Part shown: piece after piece, positions 11,838 through 24,503 of the stretch
Numbering within the stretch: position 1 is the first letter of the stretch
Layout of the letters: each line of letters starts with the position of its first letter
Assembly (NCBI GenBank): GCA_046563655.1
Contig: CM102289.1
Coordinates: 7,502,001 to 7,566,000, forward strand
Direction of reading: 5' to 3'
Length of the DNA stretch: 64,000 bases
From: Yuukianura sp. NJ FZ-2021
Lineage: Eukaryota
Notes under the pieces: generated by a model
Seen by the model: only the letters and a program-made list of their open reading frames with translations
Database searches by the model: none
What the model was told of the DNA's origin: nothing
Program-made: the position numbers and the translations under genes

Positions 11838-13784
11838 ATGTCTGCAAAAACTGAAAACCTTCAAAACATCAAACCTGCTGACCCCGTTCAAAACGGGAAT
11901 GCCACAAATGGTTAAAAATTTCATAACTAAAGTCTCTCATAAATTTTTTGTCAATTGGAATTTCAAAATTTGCAAATTTTTGTTTTTAGGAACAAATGGA
12001 GCATTTGCTGATACGCATCCAAGATGGTCGAGACTTTTAGAAAAAAATGCCCTCATAGGACTCAACAACCGTCTTGCAGGAATTATTGACAGAAATCGTC
12101 AACTAGAAAATGAAAATGTCCACTTGACCGCTGAGGTAATTCATTGCACTTTCACAACAAAATTTTTATAAAATTTTGACAAAAAAAATTTTTTTTTGTT
12201 CTCAGGTGAAGACTACTGAAGAAAAATTGCAATCCGTCACACACACACTCAAAACCACTTTCGAAAATGAAAATAAAGAACTTCGGAAACAATTGGATGA
12301 AGCTGAGAAGGACAAAGCAAAATTGATCTTGTCCGAAAAAAATGTGCGCAACAAGTTGAAAGACACTGAAGAAAAGTAAATTAAAATTGACCTAAATTTA
12401 AAAAATTTTAATTTGTTTTTTAAATTTTTTATTTTCAAAATTTCAGATTGAAGAAGCGAGAAGATGAAAATGCCAAGACCCAGAAGGATTTGGATTTGAC
12501 CAAAATCAAAGCCAAAAAACTGGAAGAAGAATTGAAAAAAGAGAAAGACGATGCTGCCAAACTCGCAAAAGAGAAAGCCGAAGTTGAAGATGAGAACCGG
12601 AAATTGAAACAAGAAAACGAAGATTTCAAAAAATTCAATGAAGAGCATCTTTTGGTCCAAGTTGAACTAAAAAATGCTCTCAAAAATAAAACCGAGGAAC
12701 TTGCAATCAAAGCGGTCGTTCATGAAAAGGAAATCAAAGCAATCAATACCCACACGGAAACGTTTATTCAGAAAATCGGAGAAAAGGCCAAGAAAGACTT
12801 TGCTAAAAAACTGGAAGATGCCATTCTGGCTCTGCGCAAAGACTGTGAGCGTCAGATGGACAAAAACAAACAAGAGCAAGATCAACTTCATCAAATGAAG
12901 GAAAAAGACCTCAAAGCTCAAATTGCCAAATTGAACGGAACTCTCAAAGAGAAAACAATTGAAATTACGAACATTACTGTCAAGGTTGAAGATGCAAATA
13001 AGAAAATTGCGGAATTGGAGGGCGCCAAAGTTTCATTGGAGAAGAAGGCCAAAGATGCAGAAGACAAATTGGGCAAAGCAGACGGCAAATATGCCAAGGA
13101 ATTGAAGGAAAAGGAGAAAGATTTGAAAGATCTCCAAGATGAAAAAGAGAAATTGATTGGAGAATACCAAGACCTTATGGAAATTAAAGTTGCATTGGAC
13201 AATGAAATTGCTACTTACAGAAATCTTTTGGAAGGGGAAGAAGAAAGGTATGAATTTCTTAACAAAAACTTAAAAATTTTCAAAATTTTTGCTTTTATTT
13301 TCAATTTGTGCTTTTCAGACTTCAAATCGTCATCGATGAAACCAAAGTCAAGAAAGTCGGAGAACAGCAAAAAGTCGGAGAACAACAAAAAGTCGGAGTA
13401 CAACAACCGCAACCAGCCGAACCTGCTAAAAAAGTCGGAGAACAACAACCAAAACCAGCCGAACCCGCTAAGAAAGTCGGAGAACAACAAGCACAACCAG
13501 CCGAACCTGCTAAGAAAGTCGGAGAACAACAAGCACAACCAGCCGAACCTGCTAAGAAAGTCGGAGAACAACAACCAAAACCAGCCGAACCTGCTAAGAA
13601 AGTCGGAGAACAACCAAAACCAGCCGAACCTGCTAAAAAAGTCGGAGAACAACAAGCACAACCAGCCGATCCTGCTAAAAAAGTCGGAGTTATACAACCA
13701 CAACCAGCCGAACCCGCTAAGAAACCCGAACCTGCTAAGAAATTGGAGGAAGCTGGCGTGAAGAAGGAAGCCCCCAAACAGTAG
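11838..13784 (+). CDS. Lamin-type intermediate filament protein with repetitive tail; exons 11838-11910, 11990-12135, 12206-12375, 12447-13247, 13319-13784
   Basis: Coil 1A SRLLEKNALIGLNNRLAGIIDRNRQLENEN and IF end consensus [29 protein letters not shown]. All four introns are GT-AG and phase-compatible. Confidence 0.88.
13350..13745 (+). repeat. Coding tandem repeat, ~42-bp unit (KKVGEQQ[AP][QK]PAEPA), about 8 units plus partial units
   Basis: Repeated aaagtcggagaacaacaagcacaaccagccgaacctgctaag. Confidence 0.95.
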
Positions 13785-14131
13785 ATTTTTGAAAGGCACT
13801 AAAATTTAGTATTTTAGAAATTCGGAACCACAATTTCTGAAATTATAATAAATACTTTCTTAACTAGCTTCATTAATTAGATTAATAATCCATTCAATTC
13901 TCAAAAAACTGCTTCTGCATGACTTGTTCATTCAAAAATGAAGCTTTTTCAGGATGACCTTGAACGACCCCATTCGTCACTTTCATTTCCTGCTGTGCCT
14001 GTGTTCTAGGGAAGTTCAGAGCAAAGGCGACAAAAAATTTTCTCGAAATGTTGTCCTCCCAATCAAAAAAACTGTTCCACTTCATAAGAAAAAAAATTGG
14101 TAAAATTATGGAATTTTTATTTTGACTCTAA

Positions 14132-14552
14132 CTATTGCTGCTTTGAGGTCGTAAGTCCAGCATGGGGATCTTAGCAAAAATCAGATGCATATATTTTCGG
14201 AAATATGGTATTATCCAGGTCCATTTTTGAAAATTATGAAATTTCTTCTCTGAAGGCCCTATAGACCCCTGATAGTAAAAAACAAAAAAAAATTCAAAAA
14301 AAATGTTTCCGGAAATAATATTTGATTTTCAAAAAAGCATTTTTTTCTTCAAAATTTCGAAAAAATTTTTAAAAATTTTTGTCCAATATGGATGAAAATC
14401 GGTTTGTAGACTAATTTGGCGATGCTGAATACGGTTCTGAAAGAATTTTTCAAAAAAAAGTCAAACCTAACCTAACTAACGTAACCTAACCTTTACTACC
14501 CTAGGGAGGCCCCAGTTTGCACAGGAAAAAGATTAGCTCGAAGCAGCAATAG
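14132..14552. mobile_element. MITE with ~16-bp TIRs and TAA target-site duplication
   Basis: TAA|CTATTGCTGCTTTGAG ... CTCGAAGCAGCAATAG|TAA, with an internal AACCT-like tract at ~14465-14492. Confidence 0.7.
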
Positions 14553-15666
14553 TAAGACTTGAGCTACCGCTTCAATATTTTTTACCAAACTCCCACTCAT
14601 ATAACTGAACAGTTTTAGAGGTTGGGACAGGACGTTTTATAAGCTTGTGGAATCTGAACTTCCCTACGTGTTCTTTCACAGTTGCTTTCAATTTTCGTTT
14701 TTGAAAATGCCATGCTTTAACTAACGCCAGACTCGTTTATTGATTTAGATAAAAAACACATATGTATTTTTGCATATGCCACGCATAATTGCGATATTGC
14801 CTGACTGTGAGACTTTAATAAGTCTACAGAAACGTCAAAATGACAAAAGAATACAAATAACATGAACAAAGCGACACAATTCGCGACCCGTGAATCGTGT
14901 GAGCTGGTTCTCATAAGCTTGCTTGCTGAATTCAGCCTTGCATGTTGCTTCTGCCTCTAAAAAACTTGCGAAACCTTTCAAGCAGTACAAAAAATCAGAT
15001 CCTGGCAGAAGGTTTACACAAGAAAAAAAATTTTCAGCACATTAAAAGTTTTTTAGCAACGGCAACACGCCAAGGTAGCAACACAGGCTATCTGCTTTTA
15101 GTATTGCCAACCACTTGTGCATTCATAGCGTTACTATACTGACGATAACCAGAAAAGCTCCAGGCCGTAACCACATTGTAAATCAGCCAGTAACCAACGA
15201 CTGAAACTGCTGCAGAGATGGAGGTTTAACTTCTGAGGCGTCAAGTATAGGAAAATTGCTTTGGCAACTGGAAGGCAAACAAGACAAAAAGTTATAACAA
15301 ACAACCTATACTGATAAAGATAAGGAGAATCTCGCTTCCTCAATACTAACCAACAACGAACGACCAAAGTTTCATCTCCCTGAAAATTACAGCACGGAGT
15401 CAGGCAAAAGTATCATCAACTTCAACAGAAAGTCGTTTTACAGCGTCACCATCATCCATCACTGTACTGTATAGAATTGAATTGCAGTTGTGAGTGTGAC
15501 TCACTGCACTAACTAGTTACTCATTTTTCCAAAAGGAAATAACATCACATTAGGTTTTCAGTAGTAAAGTGGGAGGATTCCAGAAATTGTGTTAAATTTC
15601 AACTGAATTTCATACGAACGAAGATATTGACCTCTGACCTGCACTTTTCTAAAATTTTCAGGAAAC

Positions 15667-17160
15667 ATGGGCTGTGCGACGTCTTTGGTCAAGTACGTGG
15701 TGTTCCTGTTCAACTTCATCTTTGTGGTAAGTAATTACTTTGTGATTAGGTAATTACTTAGTAATTAGTGGGATATTTTCGGAAAATTTTCATGTTTGAT
15801 ATGTTTCAGATTGTTTGAGTATAGCACGAACATATGAGAGTATGCTATACATGCGTAGTAGGATTGACTAAACTAATTTCTGCTCATGCGTACATTTTTT
15901 AGGTTGGCGGGATTGCATTAGTGGTCCTTGGAGCCCTTACGTACACAAAATTTGAACAGTACGATGATCTTGTGGCAAGTTTGGGATTGGCGGGATTTCG
16001 CGGCCCGCCAATCGCCATGATGGTTGGCGGAGCCATTGTGTTTTTCATTGCTTTTCTGGGATGCTGCGGAGCTATTCGAGGTAAAAACACCATTTTTTAG
16101 AAAAAAAATAGTGTTCGATGACTTTTTTTTTATGTATTTGGATAATGATTCACGTCAAGGAAGTGATTGACTAATTAACGCGTTTGTTGGTTTTGTTATT
16201 TTTTTTTTGGAACAGAAAACCACGTCATGATGTCCAGCGTAAGTTAGCGCGGCAGCCTTTGAAATTTTTTATGACTAAATTTGCGGTAGAGTGATTCTTA
16301 GAATTCTTTTTTGTTTTAGTATGGAACGATTCTCACACTTTTGCTGATTTTGCAAGTCGCAGTTGTCGTCGTGATTGCCTTGAACAAAGATGATATTGAA
16401 AATGCACTTCAGACGGGTTTCAAAGATTCAATGCAGAAATATGGCGGACCAGAAGAAAAAGATAAGGAAATCACAGCCACTTGGGACAACATGCAGGAAA
16501 CCGTAAGTAAAAATAACTTCAGCAAATAACTTTTAAAATTAAGCGCTACCTTACGACCGTGCTCAGAAGTCACACTTTGGCATGACATTTGAATCTTTCA
16601 GTTCAAATGTTGCGGAACAACGTCGTACCAGGACTGGAGCCAGATTGGCAAAAATGTGCCGGCAACATGCTGCCAAGCTGGAAAGGATTCTTGTCCAGGA
16701 GGCCTTCCATTTCCAATTGAAAATACGGATCGAATCTACACAGAGGTATGATTCATGATAGTTAAACTTACTAATTAAACTTAAATTTAACGTTAACATA
16801 ATTTTTAATTTGGAACTAACATAGCAATTAACATTCAATTGATGTAAGTCCAGTTGAAGGTTTAACTGCAAAGAAAATTTTGCTCGTCAAAACTAGTAAT
16901 TATTTTTGTAGTTACTTTCCTTGAACATATTTGGGTGACGTCAACGTCGACTGAACAAGGTTAAAGGTCAAGAAATAATGCTAATCTTGTGACTTTTTTT
17001 TTTGCAATGTTAGGGATGTTACGAGAAGGCTCTTCACGACATTGGAATCCCACTGTTGATTGCCATTGCAGCTGGAATTGGCGGAGTTGAGATGTTGGGC
17101 GTCATCTTTTCCTGTTGCTTGGCAGCGAGATATAAAAACAAGGCTTACCGTCCACGATAA
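15667..17160 (+). CDS. Tetraspanin (CD63-like), 6 coding exons
   Basis: MGCATSLVKYVVFLFNFIFV, IAFLGCCGAIR, FKCCG, VPATCC, GCYEK and C-terminal IFSCCLA. Confidence 0.9.
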
Positions 17161-17922
17161 AAAAAACACAAAACACTACGACTGCTGGAGTTTTTTGGTT
17201 GCAAATTGTTCAAGGCTTTGGAAATTCAATTTGCAAAAAGGGTGAGATTGAGAAGATGGTGTGTTTTAAAACGGTATATTTTGTTTCAATGTGAATTGGT
17301 TTCATATTTTAAAACAAAGATAAAAGTTATGTAATAATTGAAAAGTGTAGATTTTTGCCAGTATTTAACTAGCATTTAGCCCCAATCATAAAATAATAAA
17401 GTTCAAGTTCAAACTTTGTTCTTAGGTTAATGTGATGTAAATAAAAGTTATTAAACTAAAACTAAAAATTTGACCAATTTCGACAAAAAAAAACTTATGT
17501 GACGTTGCAATAACTCGTCACAATTGAATTCTACTTGTTGTGTACCTATTTTCAATTCATTGAAATGCGACAGTGAAACTGAATTTTTGTTTAACATAGT
17601 TCTAGGTTAAAGTTTTTTCTTTCAAAGGTCATGGGCATCATTACAAAAAAAAATAGTTACTCCCTCCACATCCCCACACCCTCTTTCGTCCCTCTTCCGA
17701 GAATTGCCAACTTTTTTTTTTGCAAAGTAGTAGTAGATCGCAGATGATACAGAAACTTACTTTAAAAAACTTTAGAAAATACACATGTTTCAAAACCACA
17801 TTTGTTGTTGACATATTTGCAAATTTCCGTATGGTAGTACCTGTTTTCGTATGTTATTTTCAAGTTAGACCTATTTTAAAAAAGTTTGTTATCATCATAT
17901 AGTATTCTGTGTTAATTGCAAA

Positions 17923-19149
17923 ATGAAGAGCTTGGGTTTTGGTACAACTTTTGTCAAGTACCTTCTATTCATTGTTAACTTTTATGTTTCGGTAAGTACC
18001 TTACGAATCTTAAATTTACTGAACAAATAACTTTAGTTTTTATTAATCAGTACAAAATCAATAAAATAAATTTTGAATATTTTAGTTTTACAAACTATTC
18101 TATTGAATATTTGGAATTGGGTTTGTAGTTTGGTGGATTCATGATGATAGTGGGTGGCATCATGTCGTTAAGCTTGCTTCAGAACTACGATGGAATTATA
18201 TCTAGTTTTGGAATCGGATACCGTGGACCAGCAATCGCCATGATTGCTTGTGGTGCTTTGATTTTTGTCGTTGCTTTTCTTGGATGCTGGGGCCCTTTTC
18301 GCGGTAAAAAGAAATTTTGAACAAATTTTGAACATCACTAGAAATGTAAAAGCCAACTCTTTTTTTTTATTTTAGAGAACCATACGATGCTGTCCACGGT
18401 ATAATGCAATCGTTCGATTTAGTTGTAAAATATGATCCATGAATTATCAATGTTTTGTTTTGTTTCGTTTTAGCATGGAACGATACTTGCCATTTTGGTT
18501 ATTGCACAAATTGTAGCCATTATTGCAGTGGTTCTGGTTACTTCGACCAAGGTTAAAGATGATTTGGAGGAAAGACTCAGAGAGGGATTCCGGAACTCCA
18601 TGTATAAATATGGACATGACGAAGAAGTAACGACAATGTGGAATTCTCTTCAGGTTACAACTTGATAGAGTTAATCAAAGCAGATTTTACGACCGTTATT
18701 GCAAAAGTTTTCAACGCTTGATTCTGTAGCGTGAAGTCGGATGTTGTGGAACAACGTCCTATGCTGACTGGTACACCGTTGCTAAGTCAGTTCCAGCATC
18801 CTGTTGCAAGGATTACTCTATGTGTCCAGTGAACCAAACATTGGGCGGACTCCAATTCACTGTCAATACGACGCTAATTTACACACAGGTAAAAAATTCA
18901 TTTTATTGAAAAATTTTCGAAAAAACTGGAAAGAAATCTTACAAAATCGTCCCCAATTTTTTTTTTACACAACAGGGATGCTATGAGGGAATTCTAGACC
19001 AAATCAAAATTCATGTGAAACCGCTCATTCCGTATATCGTTTTTGGCGTACAAGGAATAGCGTGTTTGAGTATCCTGCTTGCTTGCTGCTTGGCAACCAA
19101 ATATCGACGTTTTAGAACCGAGGACAAAATGAATTTGCTGCAGGAATAG
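17923..19149 (+). CDS. Tetraspanin, divergent tandem paralog, 6 coding exons
   Basis: FVKYLLFIVNF, VAFLGCWGPFR, VGCCGTTSYADW, VPASCC, GCYEG, LACCLATKY. Exon layout parallels the upstream paralog. Confidence 0.85.
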
Positions 19150-19288
19150 AATTGTTTGTTGTTGAAGTCTGAACTTTGTTAAAGTTTGTTATGTAAATCT
19201 ATCGAAAAAACGAAATTCGTCGGATCATTTTATTTAAGTTCTTCGTTACAGCGCAATTTGAACTTGAACAAAAATAAAAAGTCGTTTT

Positions 19289-19676
19289 TCAACCATAATA
19301 TCCACCATAGTGGAATGGATAGTATCCGTAGTAGTAGGGTCGATAACCATAACCATAACTTATTCTGAAGTACGGTCTTCTGTAGTAGTAGCCATGTCCA
19401 AACAACCCGAAAGTACTGGCAGTATCCAGATCCGAAGTTTCTGGTTTCTTGGATTCCGATGCTGTCGGATTTTCACTTGCAAAACATTGTAACACAAAAA
19501 CAACCACGACCAAAGTAATGACAACCTGAAATGAAAGTTCAACTTTCAATTGCATTCATACAATTTAGAGAAATGATTTCTTAGCTTTGATTTCTGCCAA
19601 GGCTCACCAAATTTTATGTAACTATTTTTTTTAAATAGAAGTTTTGTTAGAATAAACTTACAAAATTTTTGGCCAT
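19289..19676 (-). CDS. Small secreted Gly/Tyr-rich protein (exons 19676-19662, 19525-19289)
   Basis: MAKNF|VVITLVVVVFVLQCFA signal peptide, acidic DLDTAST spacer, then a GY-rich tail. Typical of arthropod cuticle-associated GY peptides. Confidence 0.75.
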
Positions 19677-20739
19677 TTTGTTTTACAAAAAACGGAGTCT
19701 CTGTTGCGTCGTTTTGCCTTCAGTAGAACAACTGATCAAGTACTGATGTTTTAGTAATGTAAATCGACATTTTATATATTTGCAACTAAATGCGGAAGGT
19801 TGTCAATTTAGTACGATGGGTCAATCCTGCGGTGACCCTTAAGTTATAGGTACCAAGCAACGCACTGTCACCACACCTTTGTTTACATTTTTACGTTTTC
19901 TCTGCGTGCCCCTTTCTGACTCAAATTTGAGTGTGGAATTACTATATTTCATTTCCACAACAAATAACACCGCTGTATTATTTTGATTTATAAAACTATT
20001 TACAAATGTTAAAAAATAAATGACTAAAAAGAATTATATTTTGTGATTATGCAATTCATGTGTTACACTTTGGCCACGAGGTCAATCTTTACCATCATAA
20101 TAAGGAAACATTTTTTTTTTGTAAAATGTAACATGCGTATCACTGCTCTTGCCCTAAATCAGTACGTGTGAAATGAAGGAGAAGTACAAAAATTATGCTA
20201 AACCGCAACAATTTTGTGACCTAACAATTCCAATTGAAATTTTGACTGTAATGAGTCAATTTTTGAAAGGCGAGGTTGTTTCGTTTACCGTCAATGTTGT
20301 TTGTAATGATTGCTGATTTTTTTGTTTTTGAAAATAGCTACGTCGGAAGTGATCACTCAGAAATTTTGAAAACTGAAAATGAAAACATTCAGATTTCAGG
20401 CCAAACTTTGGGCTGCTGTCGCCATATTTTGATTAGCTGGCTTCCAAATTTCCGACACGTAAATTGCTCAGTGCGTCGCATGCGCATATGAGTTAGATAG
20501 ATATGGCGCATCATATGTGGATGCGAATACTAATTAAATTCTCATTGTCAAACTGGTTTCAACATAACTACAACACTAGTGAAGGCCAAGCATCACTAAA
20601 TAGGTTGTGGAAAAAGTTTTTAGATCACATAATGAAAACCAGTTTGAAGTCATGCTCATTACAGGCATAGTGTACTCTAGTTTTCATAAATAATTAATAA
20701 TAGAATCTGAGAGTTATTGGTTATTTACAACTGTGTAAA

Positions 20740-23113
20740 ATGGAATTGTCGAGTATTAACAATGAAAAAGTATCGAGTGAGGTAATAGTTTCAAGTGAAA
20801 GTACGCAACAAATTTTCCCAAAAAAGAAAAGTTTTTGGAAAAACTATGGGGGGATTTGTATGGCCATTTTGGCCAGTTTATTCTTCACTGCATCATTTCT
20901 CATTATCAAAATTCTGAGCAGTAAAGAACATGGATTCCCGGCTGCCGGGACTGCTGTTCTATTCAATCTTGGTGTAATAACTCCATGTACAGGGTGTACC
21001 ACCAGAAAGGAAACACCAAGAATTCGTTGCTATGAGCAACTTAACAAAAGCTTGTAAACATGGAGGGAAAAACATGGGCAATAATAGCCAGCTTTAAAAA
21101 AATTTCTTTTTCTTAATTTCTGGATATCTCGTTTAAACAACATTGACCCTAGTTGTAACTGCTTCTTCAAAATGCCTCTGACAGAGAAAGCTGCACTAGC
21201 CAAAATTTACTACCAACAAGGAAGTTACCGAAAGGCACAAGCTTTTACGCAGGGATCTATCCGAACAAAAGCAATGCTTTTGTTAATTGACGGTATGCTT
21301 TTAAAGCATACCGTCAATTAAAGCGATTTATGGTGCGGTAAAGAAGTTGGAACAAAATGGTAACATGGCAAATCGAAAACAAAAGAAACTCAAATCTGCG
21401 ACAAATGATGTCATGTCGGCTAGTGTTTTAGCATTTGTGGCCTTTAATCCGAATTCAATATTGGGGGAGATCAGCGTAAATTCTGGAATATCACTAAGCC
21501 CAATTCGTAAAATCTTGAAGAAAGAATCATTCCTCCCTACCAAATGAAATTTCTCCACACTTTGAATGATGATGATGCAAAAAAGAGAATTGAATTTTGT
21601 GAAGAAATGTTGGACAAGTGTGACCAAAATCCTGGTATGACCTCCCAAATCAGGTTTGAATTTCAAAATTTGTTGTGTATTCAAATTTTGTAAAACCCGG
21701 TTTACAGAACAGTGTTTTGCATAGGCAATACACGCATGCTAACAAAATCCGTCATTTTGCCATGCGTGTATTTAAGCTTTTGCCAAGCGGTTTACACCAC
21801 CACGCTTTTGGCTAGCCAAAACCTTTGCCTACGCAAAAAACACTTCTTTTTGCTAGCAAAACTGAGTAAGTATCCGGACATTAGTTTTTTGTGATATTTG
21901 CTACGGTTTCCCCCTCATCTTCGATCAAATAAACAAAGAAATTAGTTTTCGAGTGTTTCCTTTCTGGTGGTACACCCTGTATTCCTTCAATTGTGAGTTA
22001 CTTTGACACTTGAATTTATATTCACTTCAAATTTTTTTTTGAAAAACTTTTTTGTTTAAAAAAGTTTTACCATGAGTTTGGACCTGGTTTTGAAAAAAGG
22101 AGTAGACTAAAATCCGATTTTTGGCCGCCATCAAATGAAGTAAAACGCAAGACATTAGGAATTCTAGTGGTAAACAAATGTTACGGTTTTTTAAAAAATG
22201 CATAAATTAAAAAAAAGTTGAGAAAATTCATATTTTTTTCAGTTACAAGGCTCCCTTCAAGGAGCTTCGGTTTTGTTACGAAGTGAATCCTTGCTTTATA
22301 TTCCTGTGGCAGACATGACAGTCATTGTGTTCAGGTACGAAATTGGAATTTCAGTTTATAGTAAATCCAGAATTTTGAATTTAATTTTTTTTTTTTGAAA
22401 TTTTAGTTCCCCAGTAGTGGTAGCCATACTGGCTCACTTCATCCTAAAAGAAAAATTTTCCGTTTTGCCACTGCTTCTAGCATTTGTAACATTAGGCGGC
22501 ATTTTTCTCATCATGAAACCACCACTGCTTACTGGAAAATCTTCGTTTGACTCCAACACAGTCACAGGGTCACTATTTGCCCTCGGGGCTCTGTTTAGTC
22601 TGTCACTCAAATTTGTTGTGACGAGGTCAATCAAAGATGTCAACTTTTTAAATATGACATTGTTTCTCGGAATGTGTGGTTTGGTCATATCGTTACCAGT
22701 ATTTTTGGTACAAGAACCGTGGGAGTCAATTGTCCCAAAATCAGTCACGGAATGGTTCCTTGTCCTTGGACTGCTTCTGGCGTTTTGTTCCATTGCAAGT
22801 ATTAATGTGGCGCTCAAGATGGAGTTGGCCACGACAGTGGCTCTCGTGAGGTCACTCGATGTCATCTTCGCATTTCTGTTCCAATTTGTTTTCCTGGGAG
22901 TCATACCAGATGAACTAAGGTAAAACAATTTTTTTTTGCAAAAACAAATTCAATTCATTTTTCAAATTAAGTGTAATTTGTTTTAATTCTTACAGTATTA
23001 TTGGTACTTCGCTGGTCGTCTTCGGAGTACTTGTAACAGCATTTCGTAAATGGCTTCAAGACCTGGATCCAGAAAACGCACTACGGAAAAAACTATGGCT
23101 CCTACTAATCTAA
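20740..23113 (+). CDS. SLC35G/EamA-type transporter, exon 1 interrupted by a transposon (possibly a null allele)
   Basis: Multiple TM segments, VADMTVIVFSSPVVVAILAHFILKEK and ALVRSLDVIFAFLFQ. Downstream exons are intact. Exon 1 resumes at ~21982 and ends at donor gtgagt. Confidence 0.8.
20990..21979 (+). mobile_element. Internally deleted Tc1/mariner-superfamily DNA transposon
   Basis: Perfect 27-bp TIRs CAGGGTGTACCACCAGAAAGGAAACAC, TA duplication on both sides, and decayed transposase N-terminal HTH remnants (MPLTEKAALAKIYY..., EISVNSGISLSPIRKILKK). No DDE domain seen. Confidence 0.92.
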
Positions 23114-23470
23114 AGTTAAGATTTTTTGTTAAATTTTTATTAATGAAATATACATTTCATTAATTTGTTTTTCAATTCCTAAAATTCCAAACTTCAACAA
23201 AATTTAGTACGGTACTTATTGGTAACCTACATATAAGCTTGACAATTAGCAGAAAAACTTCAGCACTTGCTTCTATATATGACTTTTTATGTTATGCGTT
23301 AACTGAATAAACTAAACCGTAATGCCTTAAATTGGTATTTTGCTGTACCACTAAATACTCGGAGTTAAGATTCTGCATTTTGTCAATAGAAATTAGAAAT
23401 AACCTGAAAGGATTTGATCAGCCTAATAACTAAAATGTCCATCACCTAACTATGTACATAAAATAAAAAT

Positions 23471-24503
23471 CTAGTGTGGTATCAATAAATCTGAAGTTAT
23501 AATTACGGTTGACTCTTCGTCATCGACAATTCCAAGTTCTTGTCTCAACTGGGAATTTTCACGCCTCAACTCCAAGTTTTCCCGTCTCAAAGATGCAGCA
23601 TCTTCTATTGAATTTTCATGATCTTTGAGGGTAGTCGCAAGTCTTATGTTTGTACTGCGTAATTCATGGATGTATTCGCAAGCTTTGGCCAAAATGCCGC
23701 CCTTACTCTGAAAAACAAAAACAAAAAATTGTTAGTCCAGAAACAAGTGTTGTTAAATACTAGAACTGAACGGATAATTTTGTACGGATGTTTGAAGTAC
23801 TTGGCCAATTTTTGAATTGGAATTTTCTTCTACGCAAGTCGGCACGATTTTTGCCAATTTATTAATCCAGCCATTAATTTTGTCCCTTCGACGCCTTTCT
23901 ACTTCATTGTGAGTTGCTCGCTTCTTCTCATCTCGTACGATTGCTTTGGAAGTAACTGCAACACGACTGAGGGTTCGAGCGTCAATAATTTGTGCTGACC
24001 GAGGACGAGCTACAAAGATTAGTAAGCGGTTTAGTAAAACTTGTAACTAAAAATCTAGGTAAGATGTGAGTCTGATAGATTTGCTGAAACAATCACCCAT
24101 CACGTCCTGTGGCGATCCAATAACATAGTATTGCCCATTTATAGGAGAAGACAAAAGTTGAACCCCTGATGAAGTAGGATTAGTAAAAGTAGTCTGTTCG
24201 TCGAGGCCAACTACTCGATATGTCAGTCCGCCTTGACAGCCAGTAAAAATCATGATTAATCAAAGAATAATTAAGATATTGATCGAGACTGAAACAAAAA
24301 AGAAGCTTACCGCTTTGGGTGTGGCTGAACTGAATGGATGAATTGGGCCCCGCGTCAGTGAGAACAGACGACACTGAAGCATCTTCGACGATGGACGTAC
24401 TGCCGTCCTCTTCAACAATCGTTACTGACGTAACATTTCCTGGTAAGTCCATCGATTCGCACTCTTCCTGGTGGGAATGATATTCTTCCTCATCCGAATC
24501 CAT
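23471..24503 (-). CDS. Usf: Upstream stimulatory factor, bHLH-leucine zipper
   Basis: GQYYVIGSPQDV (USR-like), RDEKKRATHNEVERRRRDKINGWI, SKGGILAKACEYIHELR and a C-terminal zipper. Confidence 0.92.

Noticed and set aside
13350..13745. CRISPR-like appearance of regular repeats
   Set aside because: No unique spacers; a coding tandem repeat in a eukaryotic gene.
13215..13799. Repetitive ORFs in other frames and strand (FSDFLSRFGW, CCSPTFLAGSAG, KSENNKHNQPN)
   Set aside because: By-products of the 42-bp repeat; splice phase supports the KKVGEQQ frame.
14465..14492. Telomere-like (TTAGG/AACCT) tract
   Set aside because: Short, imperfect and internal to a MITE; not a telomere.
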